From: an uncultured virus (IMG/VR IMGVR_UViG_3300033994_000436)
Lineage: Duplodnaviria; Heunggongvirae; Uroviricota; Caudoviricetes
Length of the DNA: 64,000 nucleotides
Direction: 5' to 3' (one strand)
IMG/VR virus record: IMGVR_UViG_3300033994_000436
Part shown: one piece after another, positions 9,728 through 16,841 of the stretch
How the letters are laid out: each line of letters starts with the position of its first letter
Numbering within the stretch: the stretch's first letter is position 1
The notes under the pieces: generated by a model
The model's database searches: none
Told to the model about the DNA's origin: nothing
The model's input: only the letters and a program-made list of their open reading frames with translations
Made by a program: the position numbers and the translations under genes

Positions 9728-10306
9728 TTATGTATTTAGCCAGCAGTTTTCTGGAAGGTTTGTTGCTTTCTGAAATTCGTCTCGGTCTAGGAAGATAGCG
9801 GAGCGGTTATCGTGACGCTGGAGCATACAGCCACCAAGTACCTCACTGGATGCCGTATCGCGGCCCTGACGCACGCTCGCGCTAATTCGATCAGTAGATG
9901 CAATGCAAGATCCACACCCGCCACGCCAGTTCACATTCTGAGGACATCCCCTGCAAATCTTTGCACGTTGTTCTGCAAGTTCCTCGGTAACCATTTGCAC
10001 TGGACGATTGGCGTACAAGATATTCTTTGCCCAAGTCTGGATGTCGTTCATCAGGGCTGTCGTGTTTGTCTCAGGATGAACAGAGGTTACGGTCACCATG
10101 TCAACGCCGTGACAAAAATTGGGCCAGTTAGAACAAATGTAGCTGTTGACATCACCCTCGACATCTCCTGAAGGCAAATGATTTTCTGCACGATAATGCT
10201 CAACAACCTGCAAAAGGTCATTGTAATTGCTACCGTTTAGCCTGACATCACCTTCAAAGTAATGCCATCCAGACGGCGGAATAATTCCGATGATCGGTTT
10301 AGCCAT
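9728..10306 (-). CDS. Cys-rich putative metal-binding protein (start MAKPIIG)
   Basis: CRGC, CGSC and further Cys residues; adjacent to the portal gene. Confidence 0.65.
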   Translation of the reverse strand: MAKPIIGIIPPSGWHYFEGDVRLNGSNYNDLLQVVEHYRAENHLPSGDVEGDVNSYICSNWPNFCHGVDMVTVTSVHPETNTTALMNDIQTWAKNILYANRPVQMVTEELAEQRAKICRGCPQNVNWRGGCGSCIASTDRISASVRQGRDTASSEVLGGCMLQRHDNRSAIFLDRDEFQKATNLPENCWLNT

Positions 10307-10348
10307 TGGTTCGTAATATGTTATTATTAGTCCCAAGGCAAGTATTAG

Positions 10349-10855
10349 TTACTTTACGAATTTAAAAAGGCACTTTGGACAAATGCACGTTTCTTTGTCT
10401 TTTGGGTCTGCTTTTAACTCATTATCGACTGGTTCTTCGGCAGAACCGATCAATTCTGATAGCTGTTCGTTGCTGAAGGCCAATAGCGACACATCGAACT
10501 TGTAGTCATTTAGCTCGTCGATTTCGACAGAAAGCATATCGAAATTCCAATCAGAGTTAAGCGCGATGCTGTTGTCGGCAATGACATACGCCTTGCGTTG
10601 CGTATCCGACAGGTGAGCAAGCCGGATGCATGGAACATTATCCCACCCAAGTTTCTTTGCCGCCAGCACACGACCATGTCCGGCAATGATGTCGTAGGTA
10701 TCGGAAATCAGAACGGGGTTGGTAAATCCAAATTCTTTTATGCTCGCCGCGATTTGGCTAACTTGAATGTCGCTGTGCGTGCGGCTGTTCCTTGCGTAGG
10801 GGATGAGCTTGTTGATGTCGATTTGCTCAATGCGGTGAGATATTTTGCTTTCCAT
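10349..10855 (-). CDS. ParB/Srx N-terminal domain protein
   Basis: LIPYARNSRTH, IKEFGFTNP, IIAGHGR, AYVIADN; C-terminal CPKC. Confidence 0.9.
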   Translation of the reverse strand: MESKISHRIEQIDINKLIPYARNSRTHSDIQVSQIAASIKEFGFTNPVLISDTYDIIAGHGRVLAAKKLGWDNVPCIRLAHLSDTQRKAYVIADNSIALNSDWNFDMLSVEIDELNDYKFDVSLLAFSNEQLSELIGSAEEPVDNELKADPKDKETCICPKCLFKFVK

Positions 10856-11053
10856 GCTGAGTATTCCTACAGGTTTTGTTTTCCTTGTAAAAAGAAAACT
10901 CCCCTACCTCATAGGAAGTAGGAGAGCGTTTTTCCCCTAACCCCAATGTACGGCTTTCGCGGTACTTGGTTTAGACGGGCAAGATAATCTGGTGATGCAT
11001 GGCGTGTCAATGGGGAGTAAAAGGTTTTTTCCAAGACCCATAAAAAAAGGTTG

Positions 11054-11081
11054 TTGACGGCCATTGGGTTTTTGGTATGGT
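11054..11081 (+). promoter_or_regulatory. Sigma70-type promoter driving a structured RNA
   Basis: TTGACG-16 nt-TATGGT with extended -10 TG and an upstream A-tract. Confidence 0.65.
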
Positions 11082-11087
11082 CACCTC

Positions 11088-11252
11088 GTTCTGAATGTGG
11101 ACGCATTGGAACGCGATTTTACCTCGCAGGCAGATTTCGATCTCCTGCTGAAAGACCCGCCCTGTGGTGCAACACTCGGCGGGTCTTCTCATTCTTGGGC
11201 AGGCACGCAGGAACCACAGGCGAGTGTGAATGCGTACCACAGCGGCCTGTAG
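11088..11252 (+). ncRNA. Multi-hairpin RNA with complementary loops (C4/CI antisense-like)
   Basis: Hairpins at 11088-11112, 11126-11148 (UUCG loop), 11152-11187 and 11216-11250; hairpin 1 (11096-11107) and the hairpin 3 loop are complementary to 11221-11242. Confidence 0.6.
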
Positions 11253-11317
11253 AACTGGCTTTGTCGAACCAAAACGACTTACCCAGCAAAGAAGAGAAGA
11301 AACACTCTGCCTTCATC

Positions 11318-11937
11318 TTAAAGTCACAATCTGTGATTTCAATTGGAGGGTAGAAGTTTCTTTTCCTTACTCTTTCCTTTCCTCAGTACCTATTGGGGGG
11401 ATCAGGGGGGTGTTTCCTTTCTCCTTCGGTTTTCTTTGCACAGGTTATTCAAGAAAAACGACTCTGGCTTTAATAAGGCCATCGGCTATTAAAGAAAAAC
11501 GCAACAACTCGCCAAACGTGTCGATAAAACGCGGTTTTCTATACACGCTTCGCCAGATATGTCGATTTCACCCTAATTTTTGTACATATGAATCAGGTTA
11601 TACCCGAAAGGGAGCGTTTTTTCTGACAAAACCACATTTGTCGAATGCCAATAATTAACAATTCCATTACAAACCATCTGCACTTGTCCATATCTGTCTA
11701 GGAATTGTAAACAAAAACTGAACGATACACACGGAAAGTGTAGTGTGCAATGTCAGTTATAGCCAGCGATCTGCAACTCAATTTTTAAACCCATCGAATT
11801 CGAGGGGTTTAGATCCATGCCTTGAGATTCCCCCATGAGGGGAATTTATGCGCACAGGATAAACCATGATAAGATCCCTAAACTTGCTAAGATCCCTAAA
11901 CTTGCTACAACCTTATTGTTGACGCCAACAAAAAGGT
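11318..11937. repeat. Array of diverse palindromic (operator-like) sites
   Basis: About 10 distinct imperfect inverted repeats, most of them in 11468-11937, with no credible ORF. Confidence 0.7.
11870..11905. repeat. Perfect 18-bp tandem direct repeat
   Basis: TAAGATCCCTAAACTTGC x2. Confidence 0.95.
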
Positions 11938-11972
11938 CGGGGGAGGATCAGTAATTTCTTGACTGTTTAAAT

Positions 11973-12500
11973 GTGTTATATAAAATATTTGTATTGAACA
12001 ATCAAATTACACTTAAAAGAGGCGACAGGCATCCAGATAAAAATTTATTGTTCTGGTGTTATGGTGGGGCCAATAAAACAAAACCAAGATGGGTTTCTGT
12101 TAATGATTTCAATGATAAAAAAGAAAAAGATCGAATAAAATCTATTAAGTGGAGGAAGCACAATAAAGAAAAACATAGGATGCTTTCTAGGGAGTGGCAA
12201 ATAAGAAATCCCAATAAAGCAAGTGATAAAAGCAAGCGATGGAGATTAAAAAATAGACATCGCGCTAATGAGCATTTAGCAAGAAGGAGAGAAAGAATTT
12301 ACAAGCACTCAACAAATATAGATCAAGACTCAAAAGAAATTATCTGTGTCCTTTACGAGCAATCTAGGAGATTGTCGTTCTGCACAAAAATTAAATTTCA
12401 TGTGGATCATATTATACCATTGGTTCACGGAGGAAAGCACTCTCCAGAAAACCTACAAGTGATTACGGCATTTATGAATGCAAGGAAGTGGGCAAAATAA
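11973..12500 (+). CDS. HNH homing endonuclease
   Basis: FHVDHIIPLVHGGKHSPENLQVITAFMN motif; AT-rich; opposite strand; exact start uncertain. Confidence 0.85.
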   Translation: MLYKIFVLNNQITLKRGDRHPDKNLLFWCYGGANKTKPRWVSVNDFNDKKEKDRIKSIKWRKHNKEKHRMLSREWQIRNPNKASDKSKRWRLKNRHRANEHLARRRERIYKHSTNIDQDSKEIICVLYEQSRRLSFCTKIKFHVDHIIPLVHGGKHSPENLQVITAFMNARKWAK

Positions 12501-12590
12501 AATCGGGGAAAGATCAGGTCGCTAGATTAAAGACCAGTTACCCATTGGGTCACGCCCGATCAAGACCCCCCCTCATTGCCTCCCCCGATT
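12501..12590 (-). ncRNA. Closed-stem structured RNA at the end of the tRNA operon
   Basis: Termini AATCGGGG/CCCCGATT pair; internal GATC/GATC, ACCC/GGGT and GGTC/GACC stems. Confidence 0.45.
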
Positions 12591-12658
12591 ATAATGCCCC
12601 TTGGAGTCCTTGCGGCGTGTCCTTGTGGCAGTGGTTCACCGAAGATCCCCACGAAAAT

Positions 12659-12734
12659 TGGAAGCAGAGGTTGGAATTGAACCAACTATCTCGCACGTTA
12701 TGAGCGTGGTGACTTGCCGTTTGTCCTCTCTGCT
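12659..12734 (-). tRNA. tRNA with CAT anticodon (Met or Ile2), atypical
   Basis: Acceptor AGCAGAG/CTCTGCT, loop CTCATAA, T-arm GTTGG-TTCAATT-CCAAC, encoded CCA. Confidence 0.85.
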
Positions 12735-12909
12735 TTGAAATTTTTCTGGCTACTCTTTTCGAGCAGAATTCGTGCGCCAGAGGCACTAGTGGTTAGGCCA
12801 CCCCGACCATCCAACCTCCTCTTTCGAGAAAGCCCGTGGGCTTTTGTCAATCAGATGGAACCTTTGAATTGAGTTATCGAGTATTCCTCGGTAACTGGCA
12901 AGCAAAAAT

Positions 12910-12985
12910 TGGCACAGCCCCTTGGAATCGAACCAAGCCAGCAAGATTTGGAGTCTCGCTCGCCTACCTTGGAACATTGGACTGC
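12910..12985 (-). tRNA. tRNA-Trp(CCA), atypical
   Basis: Acceptor GCAGTCC/GGGCTGT, loop CTCCAAA, T-arm CTTGG-TTCGATT-CCAAG, encoded CCA. Confidence 0.8.
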
Positions 12986-12992
12986 GTTACAA

Positions 12993-13020
12993 ATCCTATG
13001 CACTTGTTAAGATTAGTCAA
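12993..13020 (-). promoter_or_regulatory. Promoter of the tRNA-Trp/Met transcript
   Basis: TTGACT-16 nt-TAGGAT ending 7 nt before the tRNA-Trp 5' end. Confidence 0.65.
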
Positions 13021-13087
13021 GGTTTTCAGTGTTACCAGATAACTTGCAAGTACTAATTATCTACTAAAACGTTTACAATTAGTAGTT

Positions 13088-13160
13088 CTGCCGCGCTAGG
13101 ACTTGAACCTAGAAAAGTCTGCTTCAAAGGCAGATGAGTCTACCATTCCTCCACACGGCA
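13088..13160 (-). tRNA. tRNA-Gln(TTG)
   Basis: Acceptor TGCCGTG/CGCGGCA, TCTGC-CTTTGAA-GCAGA anticodon arm, CTAGG-TTCAAGT-CCTAG T-arm; CCA not encoded. Confidence 0.9.
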
Positions 13161-13168
13161 ATAAAAAA

Positions 13169-13297
13169 CTATTTCATCCTCTTATACACTTCAGATGCTT
13201 TATCCATACAAGTAGGGCAATTATGAGGCTTGCAGGCAGTTTGGCAAGCCGGACAACGATACTCGCGGCCTTGCGGTAATTTTGTTTTTTTATCCAT
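13169..13297 (-). CDS. Small zinc-finger protein (42 aa; below ORF-track cut-off)
   Basis: MDKKTKLPQGREYRCPACQTACKPHNCPTCMDKASEVYKRMK, two CxxC. Confidence 0.5.
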   Translation of the reverse strand: MDKKTKLPQGREYRCPACQTACKPHNCPTCMDKASEVYKRMK

Positions 13298-13366
13298 TAT
13301 AGCAAATTTACATATTAAAGACGATTCTATTATCCTTTAATAAGGCTTTTTCTTATTAAAGGTTGT

Positions 13367-16273
13367 CTAATCGCTCATGTCAACAAACTCCATTGCGTCA
13401 ACAATAGATTGAAGCCTGCTTCGCGGCTCTCTTTCAGGCTTTTGATCTGTCATCGTGGCAACTGCCCCTCCACGCAAGCGCATCAGGTACACAAGCATGG
13501 ACAGGGAATCCAGAGCATCTGGCGACTTGCTCCTTGTCCGCTTGCAGTAGTCTCCCTTGCTCTCAACACGAACTAGCCCCTGTCCGGCCTGCTTGTACCT
13601 GCGAGAAGTTGCCTGCCTGATCAGGTCTTCGTTTCTAAAGCTGGGGCTGATCTTCAGATATTCAAATTCCAGATACTTCGACAACCCAAATAGCAATTCT
13701 GTCACAACGCCGTTGTACAACTCGTTTGCCTTCTGGCTGTCGTCCCCAAGGATGTGATGCTCGCTCGCCGCCCATGAATAATTTACTCCCATAACTTGTT
13801 CTCCAAAAAGAGTACAAAGGCTGTCGTGAATGCCTGCGCCATTTCCAGTCCTGTCAACCACCAGCCAGTTGGGGCCAATCTTCATCTGCTTGGCAAACTT
13901 GATAATAGCCTGCGTCTGTTCCAACGTAGGTTTCTTGGGGAACGGAATCTGGCTATCAAGCTGAAGAACAACTCGCGGCTTCTTAAAGCTAATGAACTGA
14001 CCACTTTGCGGTGTCCACCCGTCACAAAGCCCAAAACGGCCATAGGAACACATTACTTGGTCATTACCCTCCAACGCCAAATCAAACGCCGCCAGCGGCA
14101 CTACAGGCCCGATAAAACGAACGATACCAATGCTGTTGTCCATCATGGCGGGAGTTATGATGCCCATTGCCATTCCTTCCTCTGGGAACCACCCGCGAGC
14201 CATCGTCATGGACTCCGCCGTCCTGCCCCTGCTCATGTACGACATGAATCCCTGATAGGTCTGCAATCCTCCGTAAACAATCCTGCGTTCGATCACGTTC
14301 TCGCACTTCGCGGCATCTAGACGGAGTACATGGTATCCCTCCTTGCTTTCCCATTCGTGATCATCCTCGCAGTCAACAGATGCCCATCCATTCACAGGCT
14401 CGCAACGCTGACCGAATGCACTTGTCCTGTCCTTCGGGTTGGACGCACCAAAAATCTTAATGTGTCCGGCGTATTTCTCAGTGTCACTAGTAGACAAGAT
14501 GTTGTTGATACCCTCCCAGACTCCAGACGGGATCTCTTCGGCTTCGTCCAGCACAACATGGGTGCGCGATAGCCTGCCCCATAGCTTATGCTCTGCCCCA
14601 AATCTTGGAGTTGGGTGATACCCGCGAAGCGTTCCATGTCCACTCTCTCCCTTGGGAATCGCAACAAGCTGGATTCCGTTCTTGTTGTCGGAAGTCACCT
14701 GAATGCTTGTCGCCTTGTCTTCCTGATCTGTTACAGGACGAACCAATGCTGTTCGATGGAATGTCTTAATATTCGCAAAGATGTTTCTCTCGGCGTGTTC
14801 CTTGGTAAGCGAAATAACCTTGATACAGGTGTATTCAGGATCTCTCCACCAATCCAAGTAAAACCATGCGCCTGCACTGAAGCTGTTGTGCGTTATCGTG
14901 AAATCTCCAAGTAGGAATCTGTGATCCCCATCCAAAGAGAATCCGTAATACTTTTGAACGCCTGCTTTTGAGATTGTGATCTTTCTTCCAATACAGACCC
15001 GCTGTCTCCTTTCTCTAATCGGCTTTAGTCTGCATGGGATGATGGTGCAATCGCCGCTGATGTGTCCTCTGTAATATGTTCCCCATACTCCATTGTTAAC
15101 GCATTCTTTCTTGCACTCTGTGATTGTTGCAGTCAGCCCAAGACTCCTAGCAATAAACACAATACCATTAGCAACATCTTTGTTCTTTTGGATAAATCCG
15201 TATCCAACATCTGCAATGTATCCATCTGTATCTAGGAAACCAGCCAACACATTGCGCCGGACATCATCAGAGTTGATTTTATAAATATCAGGAACAATCT
15301 TTTCTCGTCCTTTCATGGCAAAGCCAAAAACATCATGTGTCTTTCCAAGTCCACGAACCACATAGGTTGCAGCCTTGTTGTCCTTTTTCTCGTTTTTATA
15401 GATCCTTCCACCACGCGATTCCCAATAAGAATTCCATGCGGTCACGTTGGATTCGTCCATTGATGTAAATGTAGGAGCAACACATTTTGATCCTCCATCG
15501 CCAAGCCACAGACCAAAAACGTATGGGTCAACAGGAACCTCTTGTTCGTCAAATGCAACGCCTGTATATGCGCCCTTGTAGAACTCTTTGAACTGATCTG
15601 ATTTCTCAATGTATTCCTTGATCGGAATATCAATCATTTTTCCTCTGGTATAGGTTGAAGAAGTAGTTTTTCCATCGCCGTTCTTTTTGTTTTGCGTGCA
15701 TACAAGAGTCAGAATGTGATTCTCATTGACCGTGTACGACTCTCCACGCTCTTGATCAACGCGATACATTTCAGACTCTCCAGAATGAGTCTCAAGAACA
15801 TGACGAGGCTTGCTGTCCGGCCCCATGACTAGATCGCCAATGATTACATTCTCTACAGACTTGATTGTTCCATCTGCCATCAATACAGGCGTTCCTTCTG
15901 CTAGGCACTTGCCCATAGCTCCGGCTCCCTGCACCAGCACCTGATCATGTTCAAACAAGCAACGCCATGTGTCCCTCCCACTCTTTGGCCTCCAGTCGTA
16001 CACTTCCGCACCCCAAAGAATCGTAGCCGCCGCCTCAAAGTGATTGTGATCCAATAGATGTTGCACATATCGCCGGACAACATCCTCGGCAGTCTTTATA
16101 TCAATCTCCTCAACCTGTACGGGGTTGGCTATCGTCTTCATCAGAATATATTGTGCGGCATAAAGAATGCCCATCTCCTCATCGCGGTCTGCCTCCTTGC
16201 GGATGTTCGTCGCGTGCTGGTGATAATACTTCCTGCTGTGCGGAGGCGTAATTGTATATCCTGTGTCGTTCAT
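13367..16273 (-). CDS. terL: Terminase large subunit, intein-containing
   Basis: Walker A GAGAMGK|S, Walker B VVLDEAE, motif III ASNP, nuclease AAFDLA, VDRTGNGAG, KSPDALD. Confidence 0.9.
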   Translation of the reverse strand: MNDTGYTITPPHSRKYYHQHATNIRKEADRDEEMGILYAAQYILMKTIANPVQVEEIDIKTAEDVVRRYVQHLLDHNHFEAAATILWGAEVYDWRPKSGRDTWRCLFEHDQVLVQGAGAMGKCLAEGTPVLMADGTIKSVENVIIGDLVMGPDSKPRHVLETHSGESEMYRVDQERGESYTVNENHILTLVCTQNKKNGDGKTTSSTYTRGKMIDIPIKEYIEKSDQFKEFYKGAYTGVAFDEQEVPVDPYVFGLWLGDGGSKCVAPTFTSMDESNVTAWNSYWESRGGRIYKNEKKDNKAATYVVRGLGKTHDVFGFAMKGREKIVPDIYKINSDDVRRNVLAGFLDTDGYIADVGYGFIQKNKDVANGIVFIARSLGLTATITECKKECVNNGVWGTYYRGHISGDCTIIPCRLKPIRERRQRVCIGRKITISKAGVQKYYGFSLDGDHRFLLGDFTITHNSFSAGAWFYLDWWRDPEYTCIKVISLTKEHAERNIFANIKTFHRTALVRPVTDQEDKATSIQVTSDNKNGIQLVAIPKGESGHGTLRGYHPTPRFGAEHKLWGRLSRTHVVLDEAEEIPSGVWEGINNILSTSDTEKYAGHIKIFGASNPKDRTSAFGQRCEPVNGWASVDCEDDHEWESKEGYHVLRLDAAKCENVIERRIVYGGLQTYQGFMSYMSRGRTAESMTMARGWFPEEGMAMGIITPAMMDNSIGIVRFIGPVVPLAAFDLALEGNDQVMCSYGRFGLCDGWTPQSGQFISFKKPRVVLQLDSQIPFPKKPTLEQTQAIIKFAKQMKIGPNWLVVDRTGNGAGIHDSLCTLFGEQVMGVNYSWAASEHHILGDDSQKANELYNGVVTELLFGLSKYLEFEYLKISPSFRNEDLIRQATSRRYKQAGQGLVRVESKGDYCKRTRSKSPDALDSLSMLVYLMRLRGGAVATMTDQKPEREPRSRLQSIVDAMEFVDMSD
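14885..15907 (-). mobile_element. Intein (341 aa) with LAGLIDADG homing endonuclease
   Basis: Starts CLAEGTPVLMADG, has NENHIL block B, GLWLGDG and LAGFLDTDG blocks, and ends THN followed by Ser. Confidence 0.95.
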
Positions 16274-16313
16274 GCTTTGTATTAGCCAATATGTCTGGTA
16301 TTAGTTAACCAAT

Positions 16314-16535
16314 ATGTACAACCAAAGAGACTCACTGCAAGCACACACTTACACAGAAGCCATAAAACTTGCGGCGGCTGGAGAGGAATTTAGCCATCTC
16401 ATTAAGATCATGACTTCAGAGTATGCTTTGCGGCTAAAGATATTTGTCCAGCAGTTGCCGGACAACATTCGCGAGAAAACAATTTATGGGATGGCTGTAT
16501 CAAAGATGCCTGCAAAAAACGTCAGAAAGAAATGA
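16314..16535 (+). CDS. Hypothetical protein
   Basis: 73-aa ORF divergent from terL. Confidence 0.6.
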   Translation: MYNQRDSLQAHTYTEAIKLAAAGEEFSHLIKIMTSEYALRLKIFVQQLPDNIREKTIYGMAVSKMPAKNVRKK

Positions 16536-16618
16536 AACGTGACATCAAAATTATCTTAGCCGTTAGTCTAATCAATTGGTTCCTGCTTTTGGCTGTAATC
16601 TACAAGCTGTTGAGCTAG
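16532..16618 (+). CDS. 28-aa single-TM peptide
   Basis: ATGA overlap with the upstream stop; MKRDIKIILAVSLINWFLLLAVIYKLLS. Confidence 0.5.
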   Translation: MKRDIKIILAVSLINWFLLLAVIYKLLS

Positions 16619-16657
16619 TTAAAGATCCGATACAGGCCAACGTGATGGGCATGGTTA

Positions 16658-16840
16658 TTAAAGTTCTCGATATACAACAGATCGGCTTCCATCTGGATTG
16701 GTTACTACTTCCTCATCCTTTTCGGTTGCTCCTTCTGGAAGCGGATTGCCAATGATGTCGTTTCCTTCAGCGTCTTGGGTGATCTGATATTCCCAGTCGC
16801 CAATATTGATGAGCGTGTCATTTAGGTAAATAGTCTTCAT
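16658..16840 (-). CDS. Small acidic protein coupled to tailspike
   Basis: 60 aa, starts 1 nt after the tailspike stop; INIGDW...NPLPEGA. Confidence 0.6.
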   Translation of the reverse strand: MKTIYLNDTLINIGDWEYQITQDAEGNDIIGNPLPEGATEKDEEVVTNPDGSRSVVYREL

Positions 16841-16841
16841 A

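Noticed and set aside
10909..11658. Several overlapping short ORFs in the control region
   Set aside because: They are mutually overlapping, lack typical leaders and have odd composition; RNA structure and palindromes explain the sequence better. A short leader peptide cannot be excluded.
11450..11940. CRISPR array or integron attC array
   Set aside because: No constant repeat with regular spacers, no attC core sites, and no cas or integrase gene; the Cas4-like gene sits in an ERF recombination module.
12807..12858. Hammerhead ribozyme (CTGATTGA...GAAA)
   Set aside because: CUGAUGA core is interrupted, CTGA is paired in the closing stem, and GAAA is a tetraloop; topology does not fit.
12659..13160. 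Stop-codon reassignment or suppressor tRNAs
   Set aside because: Anticodons are CAT, CCA and TTG, and long genes read through intact in the standard code using all three stops.
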